Assembly: GCF_963921235.1 (NCBI RefSeq)
Contig: NC_086108.1
Coordinates: 114,454,001 to 114,518,000, forward strand
Direction: 5' to 3'
DNA length: 64,000 nt
Source of the DNA: Mobula hypostoma
Lineage: Eukaryota
The notes under the pieces were generated by a model that was given only the letters and a program-made list of their open reading frames with translations, was not told the DNA's origin and did no database searches. This document shows positions 22,711 to 36,355 of the stretch, piece after piece. Numbering within the stretch: the stretch's first letter is position 1; each line of letters opens with the position of its first letter. The translations under genes and the position numbers were made by a program.

Positions 22711-24184
22711 CTGCAATGAGTTGCCACACTCCAGCACCATCTTGGAAAACATCAGAGCAGAGAGATCCCTTGGAATAAAATGTTGAAGAGGCAGATTATA
22801 AACACAAGAGATTCTGCAGTTGCTGGAAATCCAGAATTACACACACAAAATGCCGAAGAACTCAGCAGGTTAGGTAGAGAGGAATAAAAAGTCAATGTGT
22901 CAGAGCCAGACCCTTAGATGTTGCTTGATCTGCTGAGTTCCTCCAGCACTTTTTAGTGGACAGTTTGCATTGAAGTTTTCTTTGGAACTAGAGGGTGTAG
23001 GAAGATGATAAATGAGGAATGCAAACGGTGCAGGAACTCTGTCCACCGACGTCTGCCTGCTCGGAGATGTGAGGCACCCTGGATAGTGGGAGGCCGGATG
23101 CAGAGGTAGTTGAGATGTTTCTGCATAGTGGGGAGTTGATGGAATCCAGTACCCTTCACCAAGAATCCAGAATCACAGAAAATTAATATTCCAAACAACA
23201 AATGGCTCCAATTGTTTTAGAACATAGAACAGGAATTGCACATTGGAGACATGAGAGGCTGCAGATGCTGTTATCTGGAGTTTCTTGCTATGTGCTGGAG
23301 GAACTCAGTGGGTTGAGTAACATCTCCGGTGGGGGTGTTGTGGATGAGAGGTGGATATGGGGTCAGAATCAGGAATTTCCACAAGAGCAATTTTACTTTC
23401 TAGGCAAGGGATGGGTCAACTATGATTAGCTATAACCAGAGGCAGAGATCGAGTGGGTAGTCAGAGATCTCTTCCCAGGGTGGAAATGGTTAATATAAGG
23501 CGGAAGAATTTTAAAGTGATTGAATAAAAGTTTAGGGGGATGTCAGAGGTAGGTTTTTGACACAGTGCGTGGTGGTAGCAGGGAACACCCTGCCATGGGT
23601 GGTGTTCGAGGCAGAAGGGACATTTCGGAGATTCTTAGGTAAACAGTTTGATAGAAAAATAGAGGACTATGTAGGAGGGAAGGCAAGGTTGACCTTAGAG
23701 CAGGTTCAAAGCTCCGCACAACATTGTGGGTGGAAGGGCCTGTACTGTGCTGTTGTGTTCTATGTTCTCATTCATACTCTGGTCTGACTTTCTCAAATGA
23801 ATTACTTTACACTTACCTGCATTGAAATCTATTTGACATGCCTTGGCCTACTTCCCCAATTGATCCAAATCCCCTTGTAATCTACAATAACCTTCTTCAC
23901 TCTCAAAATCCTCTCCTAATTTTGTGTCATCTGCAAACGTATGAATCAACACACACGCACACACAAACTCAGCTAGTCAGGCAACATCTATGGAGGGGAA
24001 TGAACAGTCAATATTTCATAAGAGTCTCAGTCTGAAACATAAGAAAATTATTCCTCTCCATAGATGCTGCCTGACCTGCTGAATCCCTCCAGCAGTTTGT
24101 GTATGTTGCGCTGGATTTCCAGCATCCGCACAATCTCGAGTTTATTTATTAGTCAAACCAGGTGTATTTGCATTGAAGAAAATT

Positions 24185-24428
24185 GGTGTAGCAGTCAACA
24201 TAACACTATTATGCACCGGTGACCTGGGTTCAATTCTGTCACCGCCTGTAAGGAATTTGTACGTTCGCTCCGTGACCACGTGGGTTTCCTCCAGGTGCTC
24301 CGGTTTCCTCCCACAAAGATGTACAGGTTCGTGGGTTAATTGGTCACGTGGGTGTGATTGTGTGGTGTACGCTCATTGGGATGGAAGGGCTGTTACCGTG
24401 TCGTATCTTTTAAAAATAAATAAATAAA
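24185..24428 (+). mobile_element. tRNA-derived V-SINE
   Basis: A/B-box-like head (ggtgtagcagtca..gggttcaattctg), V-domain gtgggtttcctccaggtgctccggtttcctcccaca, (AAAT)n tail. Confidence 0.8.
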
Positions 24429-24554
24429 GGGCCCCAACACTGACTCCTGTGACACACCACTAGTCACACCCTCATTCCGAGAAACGCCTTTCAACCACCA
24501 CCCTCCAAACTCTGAGCCCGTTCTATGTAGCTTTAAATCCGAGCAGAATTTTAC

Positions 24555-26045
24555 CAAAAAACACACACAAAATGCTGGAGGAGCTCAGCAGGCCAGGCAG
24601 CATCTATGGAGAAAAGTACAGTCGATGTTTCAGGCTGAGACACTTCGGCAGGACTGGAGAAAAAAAGATGAGGGGTCAGAGTAAGAAAGTGGGGGGGGAG
24701 TGGAGGGGAGGGAGAACACAGGGTGATAGGTGAAACGGGGAAGGGGAGGAATGAAGTAAAGAGCAGGGAAGTTAATTGGTGAAAGAGATACAGGGCTGGA
24801 GAAGGGGGAATCTAATAGGAGAGGACTGTCGGCCATGGAAGAGGGAAAAGGGGGAGGAGCACCAGAGAGAGATGATGGGTAGGCAAGAAGATAAGGTGAG
24901 AGAGGGAAAACAGGATCGGGAATGGTGAAGGAGTCGGGGTCGTGTGGGCACTGCTGGAAGTTTGAGAAATCGATGTTCATGCCATCAGGTTGGAGGCTAC
25001 CCAAACGGAATATAAGGTGTTGTTTCTCCAACCTAAGTGTGGCCTCAACAGACAGTGGAGGAGGCCATGGATGGACATATCGGAATGGGAATGGGAATTG
25101 GAATTAAAATGGATGGCCAATGGGAGATCCTGTTTTTACTGCAGATGGAGCATAGGTTCTCAGCGAGGCAATCTCCCAATCTACATCAGGTCTCACCGAT
25201 ATACAGGAGGCCACACCGGGAGAACCAGACACAGGATATGACTCCTACAGACTCACAGGTGAAGTGTCACCTCACCTGGAAGGACTGGGGCCCTGAATGG
25301 TAGTGAGGGAGGAGATGTGGTGTAGCACTTGTTCCGCTTGCAAGGGTAAGTGCCAGGAGAGAAACCAGTGGGGAGGGACAAATGGACAAGAGATTCGCAT
25401 AGGGAGCAATCCCTGCGGAAAGCAGAAAGTTGGGGGGAGAGGGAAATATGTGCTTGGTGGTGGGATCCCATTGGAGGTGGCAGAAGTTACAGAGAATTCT
25501 GTGCTGGACATGGAGACTGGTGAGGTGATAGGTGAGGACAAGAGGAACCCTATCCCTGATAGGGTGGCGGAAGGACGGGGTGAGAGTAGATGTGCATGAA
25601 ATGGAGGAGATGCAGTTATGTGAAGCATTGATGGTGGAGGAAGGGATGCTCCTTTCTTTGAAAAAGGAGGACATCTCCTTCGTTCTGGAATGAAAAGCCT
25701 CATCCTGAGAGCAGATGTGGTGGAGATCGGGGAATTGTGAGAAGGGGATGGCGTATTTACAAGTAACAGGGTGGGAAGAGGGATAGTCCAGGTAGCTGTG
25801 AGAGTCAATGGGTTTATAATAGATACCAGTATATAATCCATCTCCAGAGACAGAGACCGAGAGATTGAGAAAGGGGAGGGAGGTGTCGGAAATGGAGCAG
25901 GTAAGTTTGAGGGCAGGGTGGAAGTTGGAGGCAAAGTGGATGAAGTCGCAGGAAGTGGGTGCAGGAAGCAGTCGTCAATTTAGCGTAGGGAAAGTGGGGG
26001 ACGGCTTGGAACATAGACTGTTCCATGTAGCTGACAATCTTACCA
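24555..26045 (-). mobile_element. Penelope-like element 3' part (RT C-terminus/linker/GIY-YIG remnants + hammerhead-bearing pLTR)
   Basis: DRVPLVLTYH..HLQWDPTTKHIF and EKQHLIFRLGSLQPDGMNIDFSNF translations; terminal repeat matches the short fold-back family. Confidence 0.88.
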
Positions 26046-26927
26046 AACATTGACTAAACTTCCAAGGTTCTCCAATTGGCTGTCAAATGGTTTGGAGAAT
26101 ACTAACAGGACTGTGAACAGTCTCTCAAGCTTGCCATGAACCTCTCCTCAAGCGTTAACCCTTTAATTCCCAGGATCATTCTCATCAACCTGCTCCGGAT
26201 CCTCTGCAATACCAGCACAAGAAGGCATTCAGCACACCAGCCTTTATCAGCCAGAGCATTGAGAACAGGAGCTGGAATGCCACGCAAAATGTTGGCCACA
26301 GCTGGAATATTGTATACACTTTCAGTCACCCGGTGATCCTGAGACGTAGAGAGACGATGAATGAACACAGTGTTTCTCCAGAGGAAGGCAATCAATAATT
26401 ACAGGGCATATTTAAGGCAAGAGGGAACTAGGAGACAACTTTTTCACACAGAGGGTGGTGGGTGTTTGGAAAGAGCTGCCTGAGGTAGTGGTTGAGGAGG
26501 TGCATTAACAATATTGAAAAGGTACTTGTAAAGGTACATGGATAGGAAAGGTTCATGACAGGGGACCCCACCCTTTCTTTATGTCATAGACTATTAAGGT
26601 AGGAGTCCATGGAACCCAGGTTGGTAACTCCTGGTCCAGTGGCATATGGGCCAAATGAAGGAAAATGGGACTCGCTTGGATGGTCAGCATGGATGAATTG
26701 AGCGGAAGGGCCTGTTCCCATGCTGTATGATGTTCTGATTCTAATTCAGGGAGCTGGGAAGTGTGGTCATTAATTAACGGACATGACCTAGAGGTTCAAA
26801 GGGGATATATTCAGGAGAGTGAGATGGTGGTAGTGAGACCCTGACTGTTTCAGCCGGCCTTCCTCCTGTTCCTGTTTCACACTTCTTAGCTGTCAGCCTG
26901 TTTATCATCCATAAATGTTTTCTGTCA

Positions 26928-27432
26928 TAAACACTTGAGATTCTGCAAGTGCTGGAAATCTTGAGCAACATGCACAAAATGCTGGAGGAACTCGGCAGGT
27001 CAGGCAGCACCTATGGAGGGATATGCACGGCTGATGTTTGTTTTGGCCCAGTAATTTTACCCTCCTCCCCCTCTCTCACCTGCCCATCACGCCCCTCTGG
27101 TTCCCCTCCTCCTTCCCTTTCTCCCATGATCCATTGTCCTCTCCTATCAGAAAACAGTACTTCATCTTGAACACTACATCTCTTCCACCTATCACCTCCC
27201 AATTTCTCAACTTCATCCCGCCTCCCCCACCCAGCCACCTTCCCCCTCACCTGGTCTCACCTGCCACCTGCCAGCTTGTTCTCCTTCCCCTCACCTCAGC
27301 TTCTTATTTTGAACTCTTTCCCCTTCCTTTCCAGTCCTGATGAAGGATTTTGACCCAAAACATTGACTGTTTATTCTCCTCACTAGATGCTGTCTGATTT
27401 GCTGAGTTCCTCCAGTGTTTTGTGTGTGTTTC
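26928..27432. mobile_element. Penelope-like pLTR fragment with inverted head
   Basis: 27050-27430 is the reverse complement of the 24560-24900 pLTR; degenerate hammerhead agtcctgatgaaggattttgacccaaaacattgact at about 27333-27368. Confidence 0.8.
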
Positions 27433-28419
27433 TGACTATTTCCTTCTGGCTGTTTTCACTCTGAATTCATGTGCAAACATCACAGGACAATTAAACCTAC
27501 CATCCAGTGCAGCTGCTGAGGCACTGGGACCTTCCATCCAGCCGATCACCAGCCTCTGTCGTCTTCGTTTCCCAAATGTCTCCGATTTGCAGTTTAACTG
27601 TAAATATCAAAGTCAGCATTAGATAAATAGTTATCTTGTTAAAGATATGATTGCCAGAAGAAAAACAATTAAAGATCTACCAACCTTTTGGTACTGATTA
27701 TTTAATTGAGCTAAATAGGTAAATTGTTCCCACTCCCATTATGCAGCACAAAAGACTCAAATATAATTACTTTCCCCATGCAGTGAGGCTGATCAACATC
27801 TCCACCCACTAACCCACCCCTCCACACCCCCAACCACCACTACTTTATCATTTCCTGTCAGTCACCTTATGTACAGACACTCCTGTGCCTAGCATCACTT
27901 TATGGACAAACAATCAATCGATGTGTGTTTATGTTTATTTTGTGTTTTAATTAGTATTGTTATCGTGTTCTTTATCTTTTGCATATTTTGTGCTGCATCG
28001 GAAAGGGAGTAACAATTACACTAGTGTACTGGAAATGACATTAACACAATCTTGAATCTTGTATTGTCATATGTAGCGAGTACTGTGAAAAACTTTGTTT
28101 TGCATGCCATCCATAGAGATAATTTCATTGCACAGTGCAGAGAGATTCTACAAGTTAAAACAGTAACCTGAGGGGGAACTTCTTCACTCACAGGGTGGTG
28201 AGAATGTGGAATGAGCTGCCAGTGGAAGTGCTGGATGTGGGTTCAATTTCAACCTTTAACAGAAGTTTGGATAAGTACATGGATGGGAGGGCTGTGGACC
28301 AGATGTAGGTCAATGGGACCAGGCAGAACAACAGTTCGGTACAGAATAGATGGGACAAAGGGCCTTTCTCTATGCTGTAGTGCTCTATGGCTCTAATGCA
28401 GAATAAAGTTATGGAACAT

Positions 28420-28952
28420 ACTACAAAATGTAGTGGATACAGCCTACTCCATCATGGGTAAAGCCCTTCCCACCACTGAGCACATCTACGTACATGAAAT
28501 GCTGTTGCAGGAAAGCAGCATTCATCATCAGAGACCCCCAACACTAGGTTATGCTCCCTACTCACTGCTGTCATCAGGAAGGAGATACAGGAGCCTCCAC
28601 TAGGTTCAGGAACGGTTTTTACCCCTCAACCATCAGGCTCACTCAACTTCACTTGCCACGTCATTGAAATGTTCCCACAAACCGTGGACTCACTTTTAAG
28701 GATTCTTAATCTCAGATTCTTGATATTTATTGCTTACTTATTTACTGTTACTATTTCTTTCTTTTTGTATTTGCACAATTTGTTGTCTCTAGCACACTGG
28801 TTGAGCACCCAAGCTGTGTGATCTTTCATTGATTCTATTATAGTTATTATTCTATGGATTTATTGAGAATGCTGACAAGAAAGTGAATATCAGGGTTGTG
28901 TATGGTGACATATTTGTACTTTGATAAAAAGAAACTTTATTTTGAACTTTGA
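28420..28952 (+). mobile_element. Rex1/Babar-like LINE 3' end
   Basis: Matches 53760-54315. Confidence 0.8.
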
Positions 28953-29439
28953 AGTTAGTTACAGAGTAAGTGCAGTGCAGGTAAACAAAAAGGTGCAAGG
29001 GTATAGTGAAGTAGATTATGAGGCCAAGAGTCCATCTTATCATACAGGGAACCATTCAAAAGTCTTATACCAGCGGGACAGAGCTGTCCTTGAGCCTGAT
29101 GGTATGTGCTTTCTGGCTTTTGTATCTTCTAACAACATTTGTTTTGTTATCAGAAGAGCCATCACTTTTCACTCTTCCATGTTCCATTAATATAAAAAAT
29201 GATTTTGAGTCTAAACCAATTTCTCCACGTAACCCAGACCACTCACTCCACCAGCATGGACACTCCTCACAATCCTCCCCACACCTCTCCAACTTCGTGT
29301 TACCAGATCAGAAATTGTGCCTCAAGTCCAAGAGAGAAACAGTTTACTGTTTACCTGTGCTGTACACTACAAGCATTTTGAATTATATTTTTAACTTATT
29401 ATAATATTTTGTTTTATGTGCTGTGTGTGATAAAATATC

Positions 29440-30794
29440 AAAGAGATAGGAACGGAAAAGGCCATTTGGCCCATTGAATCTGCTCTGCTGTTTCATCATA
29501 GCTGATTCACTTTCCCTCTCAACCCCATTCTCCAGCCTTCTCCCCATAACTTTCACACTCTGACTAACCAAGACCCATCAACCTCCACTTTAAACATACC
29601 CAGTCACCTGGTCTCTACAGCTGCCTGTTTCAAAGGTTCAAAGGTTTAAAGGTCAAATTTAATGTCAGAGAAATGTATACAATATGCATCTTGAAATTCC
29701 TTTTCTTCGCAAACATCCACAAAAACAAAGAATTGCCCCAAAGAATGAACGACAGTTAAATATGAGAACCCCAAAGTCCCCCTCCAGCTGCCCCCTCCTG
29801 CGCATGAGTAGCAGTGAGCAACAATCCCCCTCCCCCCACCAGCAAAACAAAAAGCACACCCGCTATCGAGCACAAGTTGTTGTAGTAAATTCTACAGAGT
29901 CACTACCCTCTGGTTGAAGACATTCCTCCATCTCTATTCTGAATAGACGTCCCTTTATCATGAGGCTGTGTCCTCTGGTCCTAGATTCCCTCACTCTAGG
30001 AAAAATTCTCTCCACATCCATGCCAGCTAGGCTTTTCAACATTCAATAGGTTTCAATGAGATCCCATCTGCATTCTTCTAAATTTGGGCAAGTAAAGACC
30101 CTCTCCAATGCCAGCACATCCTTTCTTAGATATGGGGCCCAAAAATGCTCACAATACTCCAAGTGAGAACTCACCAATACCTTATAAAGCCCCAGCAATA
30201 CATCTTTACTTTTATATTGTAGTACTCTCAAAATGAATGCTAACATTGAATTTGCCTTCCTCGCTGCTGAGTAAACCTTTAGGGTATCCTGTACAAAGAC
30301 TCCAAATCCCTTTGCACCTCATATTTTTGAATTTCCACCTTGTTTAGAACATAGTCTATGCTTTCCTTCCTTCAACTGAAGTGCATGATCATACACTACC
30401 CAACACTGTATTCCATCTACCTCTTCTATGTCCATTCTCCTAATCTATCTAAGTCCTTCTGCAGCCTCCCTGCATTCTCAGCTCTACCTGCCCCTTCAGG
30501 TATTGTCTGAAAATTTCGCCACAAATCTGTCAATTCCGTCATCCAAATTATTGATATATAACGTTAGACAAAGGGATCAACCCCTGTGGAACACCACTAG
30601 TCACCAGTAGCCGAACAGAAAAGCCTCCCTTTATTCCCACGCTTTACCTCCTGCCAGTCAGCCAATTCGTTATCCATGGTAGTGTCTTTCCTGTAATATA
30701 TGGGTTCTTAACTTGTTAAGCATCTCATGTGCAGCACCTTTTCAAAAGCCTTCTGCAAATTTAAGTACACAACATCCACTGATTCTCCTTTGTA
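29440..30794 (-). mobile_element. Degraded CR1 LINE 3' part, with a LINE-tail insert at about 29630-29880
   Basis: MLAFILRVLQYKSKDVLLGLYK..HLEYCEHFWAPYLRKD. Confidence 0.88.
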
Positions 30795-33700
30795 ACATAA
30801 GAACATAAGAAATAGGAGCAGGAGCAGGCCATCTGGCCTATTATTGATTATTGATCTATTCAATAAGATCATGGCTGATCTGGCCATGGACTCATCTCCA
30901 TCTACCTGCCTTTTCCCCGTAACCCTTAATTCCCCTACTATGCAAAAATCTATCCAACCTTGGCTTAAATATATTTACTGAGGTAGCCTCCACTACTTCA
31001 TTGGGCAGAGAATTCCACAGATTCACCACTCTCTGGGAAAAGCAGTTCCTCCTCATCTCTGTCCTAAATCTACTCCCCTGAATCTTGAGTGTATGTCCCC
31101 TAGTTCTAGTCTCACCTACCAGTAGAAACAACTTTCCTGCCTTTATCTTATCTATCCCTTTCATAATTTTATATGTTTTTATAAAATATCTCATTCTTCT
31201 GAATTCCAGCGAGAACAGTCCCAGGTGACTCAATCTCTCCTCACAGTCTAACCCCTTCATCTCTGGAATCAACCTGGTGAACCTCCTCTGCACCACCTCC
31301 AAAGCCAGTATATCCTTCCTCAAACAAGAAGACCAGAACTGCACACAGTACTCCAGGTGTGGCCTCACCAGTGCCCTGTATAGTTGCAGCATAACCTCCC
31401 TGCTCATAAATTCAGTCCCTCTAGTAATGAAGGCCAACATTCCATTTGCCTTCTTGATAACCTGCTGCACCTGCAAACCAATCTTTTGTGATTCATGCAC
31501 AAGCACTCCCAAATCCCTCTGTAAAGCAGCATGCTGCAATTTTTTACCATTTAAATAACAATCTGCTCTTTCGCTTTTCCTTCCAAAGTGAATGACCTCG
31601 CATTTATCAACGTTGTACTCCATTTGCCAGACCCTTGCCCACTCACTTAACCAATCTATTTGGTTTTTTGAACCAATATGTCGAGGAACCAACTAGAGAG
31701 CAGGCCATTCTGGACTGGGTTTTGAGCAATAAGGAAGGGTTAATTAGCAATCTTGTCGTGAGAGGCCCCTTGGGTAAGAGTGACCATAATATGGTGGAAT
31801 TCTTCATTAAGATGGAGAGTGACATAGTTAATTCAGAAACAAAGGTTCTGAACTTAAAGAGGGGTAACTTTGAAGGTATGAGACGTGAATTAGCTAAGAT
31901 AGACTGGCAAATGACACTTAAAGGATTGACGGTGGATATGCAATGGCAAGCATTTAAAGGTTGCATGGATGAACTACAACAATTGTTCATCTCAGTTTGG
32001 CAAAAGAATAAATCAAGGAAGGTAGTGCACCCGTGGCTGACAAGAGAAATTAGGGATAGTATCAATTCCAAAGAAGAAGCATACAAATTAGCCAGAGAAA
32101 GTGGCTCACCTGAGAACTGGGAGAAATTCAGAGTTCAGCAGAGGAGGACAAAGGGCTTAATTAGGAAGGGGAAAAAAGATTATGAGAGAAAACTGGCAGG
32201 GAACATAAAAACTGACTGTAAAAGCTTTTATAGATATGTAAAAAGGAAAAGACTGGTAAAGACAAATGTAGGTCCCCTGCAGACAGAAACAGGTGAATTG
32301 ATTATGGGGAGCAAGGACATGGCAGACCAATTGAATAATTACTTTGGTTCTGTCTTCACTAAGGAGGACATAAATAATCTTCCAGAAATAGTAAGGGACA
32401 GAGGGTCCAGTGAGATGGAGGAACTGAGCGAAATACAAGTTAGTAGGGAAGTGGTGTTAGGTAAATTGAAGGGATTGAAGGCAGATAAATCCCCAGGGCC
32501 AGATGGTCTGCATCCTAGAGTGCTTAAGGAAGTAGCCCAAGAAATAGTGGATGCATTAGTGATAATTTTTCAAAACTCGTTAGATTCTGGACTAGTTCCT
32601 GAGGATTGGAGGGTGGCTAATGTAACCCCACTTTTTAAAAAAGGAGGGAGAGAGAAACCGGGGAATTATAGACCGGTTAGCCTAACGTCGGTGGTGGGGA
32701 AACTGCTGGAGTCAGTTATCAAGGATGTGATAACAGCACATTTGGAAAGCGGTGAAATCATCGGACAAAGTCAGCATGGATTTGTGAAAGGAAAATCATG
32801 TCTGACGAATCTCATAGAATTTTTTGAGGGTGTAACTAGTAGAGTGGATAGGGGAGAACAGTGGATGTGGTATATTTGGATTTTCAAAAGGCTTTTGACA
32901 AGGTCCCACACAGGAGATTAGTGTGCAAACTTAAAGCACACGGTATTGGGGGTAAGGTATTGGTGTGGGTGGAGAATTGGTTAGCAGACAGGAAGCAAAG
33001 AGTGGGAATAAACTGGACCTTTTCAGAGTGGCAGGCGGTGACTAGTGGGGTACCGCAAGGCTCAGTGCTGGGACCCCAGTTGTTTACAATATATATTAAT
33101 GACTTGGATGAGGGAATTAAATGCAGCATCTCCAAGTTTGCGGATGACACGAAGATGGGTGGCAGTGTTAGCAGTGAGGAGGATGCTAAGAGGATGCAGG
33201 GTGACTTGGATAGGTTGGGTGAGTGGGCAAATTCATGGCAGATGCAATTTAATGTGGATAAATGTGAAGTTATCCACTTTGGTGGCAAAAATAGGAAAAC
33301 AGATTATTATCTGAATGGTGGCCGATTAGGAAAAGGGGAGGTGCAACGAGACCTGGGTGTCATTATACACCAGTCATTGAAAGTGGGCATGCAGGTACAG
33401 CAGGCGGTGAAAAAGGCGAATGGTATGCTGGCATTTATAGCGAGCAGATTCGAGTACAGGAGCAGGGACGTACTACTGCAGTTGTACAAGGCCTTGGTGA
33501 GACCACACCTGGAGTATTGTGTGCAGTTTTGGTCCCCTAATCTGAGGAAAGACATCTTTGCCATAGAGGGAGTACAAAGAAGGTTCACCAGATTGATTCC
33601 TGGGATGGCAGGACTTTCATATGAAGAAAGACTGGATGAACTGGGCTTGTACTCGTTGAAATTTAGAAGATTGATGGGGGATCTGATTGAAACGTATAAG

Positions 33701-36355
33701 ATCCTAAAGGGATTGGACAGGCTAGATGCAGGAAGATTGTTCCCGATGTTGGGGAAGTCCAGAACGAGGGGTCACAGTTTGAGGATAGAGGGGAAGCCTT
33801 TTAGGACCGAGATTAGGAGAAATTTCTTCACACAGAGAGTGGTGAATCTGTGGAATTCTCTGCCACAGGAAACAGTTGAGGCCAGTTCATTGGCTATATT
33901 TAAGAGGGAGTTAGATATGGCCCTTGTGGCTACGGGGATCAGGGGGTATGGAGGGAAGGCTGGGGCGGGGTTCTGAGTTGGATGATCAGGCATGATCATA
34001 ATAAATGGCGGTGCAGGCTCGAAGGGCCGAATGGCCTACTCCTGCACCTATTTTCTATGTTTCTATGTTTCTATATCTCTCTGCAGACTCTCTGTATCTT
34101 CTACACAATTTGCTTTTCCACTCAATTTAGTATTTTTGGAAACTTAGATACACTACTCTCAGTCCCCTTTTCCAAATCGTTAATGTATATTGTGAACAGC
34201 TGTGGGCCCAGAACCGACCCCTGCAGCACCCCACTCACTACTGATTTGCCAACCAGAGTAACACCCATGTATCCTTACTCTCTGCTTTCTATTAGTTAAC
34301 CAATCCTCTACCAATGCTAATACATCACCCCAACTCTATGCAGCACTTTATTGAATGGCTTCTGGAAATCCATGTAAGTAATGCCCATTTGTTCCCCTCT
34401 ATCCACTGCACTTGTTATAACCTCAAAGAACCCCAGTAAGTTTGTCAGACAGGACCTGCCTTTGCTGAATCCATGCTGCATCTGCCTGATGGGTCCATTT
34501 CTTTCCAGATGCCTCGCTATTTCATCTTTAATGATAGCTTCAGGCATTTTCCCAACTACAGATGTTAAACTAACTGGCCTATAGTTACCTATTTTTTGCC
34601 TACCTCCTTTTTTGAACAATGGCATGACATTCACTGTCTTCCAATCTGCCAGGACCTACCCAAAGTCCAGATAATTTTGGTAAATTTCAGTACTCTGGGA
34701 TGCATTCCATCAGGACCGGTGGACTTATCTATCTTCAGGCCCACAAGTTTGCTCAGCACTACCTCTTCAGTGATAGCTACTATTGTATCGAGGTCCTCAC
34801 CTCCCATCGCCTCCATAACCTTTCGCTTTGGCATGTTAGATGTGTCCTCCACCGTGCAGACCGCCACAAAATAGTCATTCAAAGCCTTGGCCATTTCCTC
34901 ATTACCCAATATCAATACCTCCTTCTTGTCCTCCAAGGGACCTACATTCACCTTAGCCACGTTTTTCTGCTTTATATAATTATAAAAACTTTTACGATCC
35001 GTTTATGTATTTTGTGTTAGTTTATTTTCATAATCTAGCTTCCTTTTCTTTATTGCTTGGTTAGTGGTACTTTGTTGCTTTTTAAAGTTTTCCCAATCTT
35101 CCAGTTTCCCACTACTCTTGGTGCCTTTGTATGCACGAGCTTTTAATTTGATGCCTTCTTTTATTTCCTTAGTTATCCAAGGCTGGCTCTCCCTTACTGT
35201 CCTTGCTTTTAACTGGAATGTACTTTTGTTGAGCACCGTGAAAAATCTCTTTGAAAGTCTTCCACTGTTCCTCAAATGTCCCACATTATAGCCTGTGTTC
35301 CAATCTACACTAGTCAAATCCTCCCTCAGTCCACTGTAGTCTCCATTGTTTAGGCATGATACACTGGTTTTAGGTTGAAGTATTGCACCCTCCATTTGTA
35401 TGAGAAACTCAATCACACTGTGATCACTCTTTCCAAGAGGATCCCTGACTACAAGATCACTGATTTTACCTGTCTCATTGCACAGGACCGGATCTAAGAT
35501 GGCACGTTCCCTGTAGGTTCAGTAACATGCTGTTCAAGAAAGCCATCACGATGCATTCTATGAAGTCCTCCTCAAGATTGCCCCAACCAACTTGATTCAC
35601 CCAATCTATGTGCAAGTAAAAGTCTCCCATGATAACTGCTGTTCTATTGTTACATGCCTCAGATATTTCTCTGTTTTTTGCCTGTGTCACTGTAATGTTA
35701 TCTTTTAGTGGCTGATAGACAACTCCTACCAATGATTTTTTCCCTTTACTATTCCTAATCTCTACCCAGATGGATTTAGTATTCTGCTCCTTAGATCTTA
35801 TATCATTTCTCATTATTGCCGTTTTAATCTTTAATTAAGAGCACTACCCCACTCCCTTACCTTCCTGCCTATCCTTCCTTATTACCTGATGATCTTAGAT
35901 ATTTAATTCCCAATCCTCTCTGCCCTGCAACCACGTCTCTGTAATGGCCACTAAATCATACCTCTTTGCACTGATTTGAGCCGCAAGTTCACTGACCTTG
36001 TTTCGAATACTATGAGCATTCAAATAAAGTGCCCTTACACTCACTATGCTTTTAAAATCTTGTAATCTTTTACCCTTTTGCACTTAACTTTTCTTCACTC
36101 CAGTCTTACTTTTCTCTTTTGATTTTTCTTTATCTTTATCCACACTTTTCTTTTTTATTTTATCCATACTTCTCCAATCTGTTGTACCCATCCCCTACTA
36201 TTTAGTTTAAAGCCCTATCCACAGCCCTAGTTTTGCAATTCGCTAGAATCCAGCTCCCATCATGGTTTAGGTGGAGCCCGTCCCATTGGTACAGCTCCCT
36301 CCTTCCCCAATACTGTTGTCAATTTCCCATGAATTCAAACCCACTTCTCCCACAC
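30795..36355 (-). mobile_element. CR1 LINE with (TTCTTATG)n tail, split by a younger CR1 at 31661-34073
   Basis: ORFs 30892-31692, 34317-34960, 35003-35813 and 35895-36083 are colinear CR1 ORF2 pieces; the sequence resumes at 34074. Confidence 0.9.
31661..34073 (+). mobile_element. Young 5'-truncated CR1 LINE; ORF2 has one frameshift at about 32860
   Basis: 428-aa and 371-aa ORFs with RT motifs (VYLDFQKAFDKVPH, GVPQGSVLGP, FADDTK); (TTTCTATG)n tail. Confidence 0.97.

Noticed and set aside
32884..33588. Recurrent antisense ORFs (MPPKWITSHL.., MNLLCTPSMA..) seen three times
   Set aside because: Shadow frames of CR1 ORF2, repeated because the copies are young.
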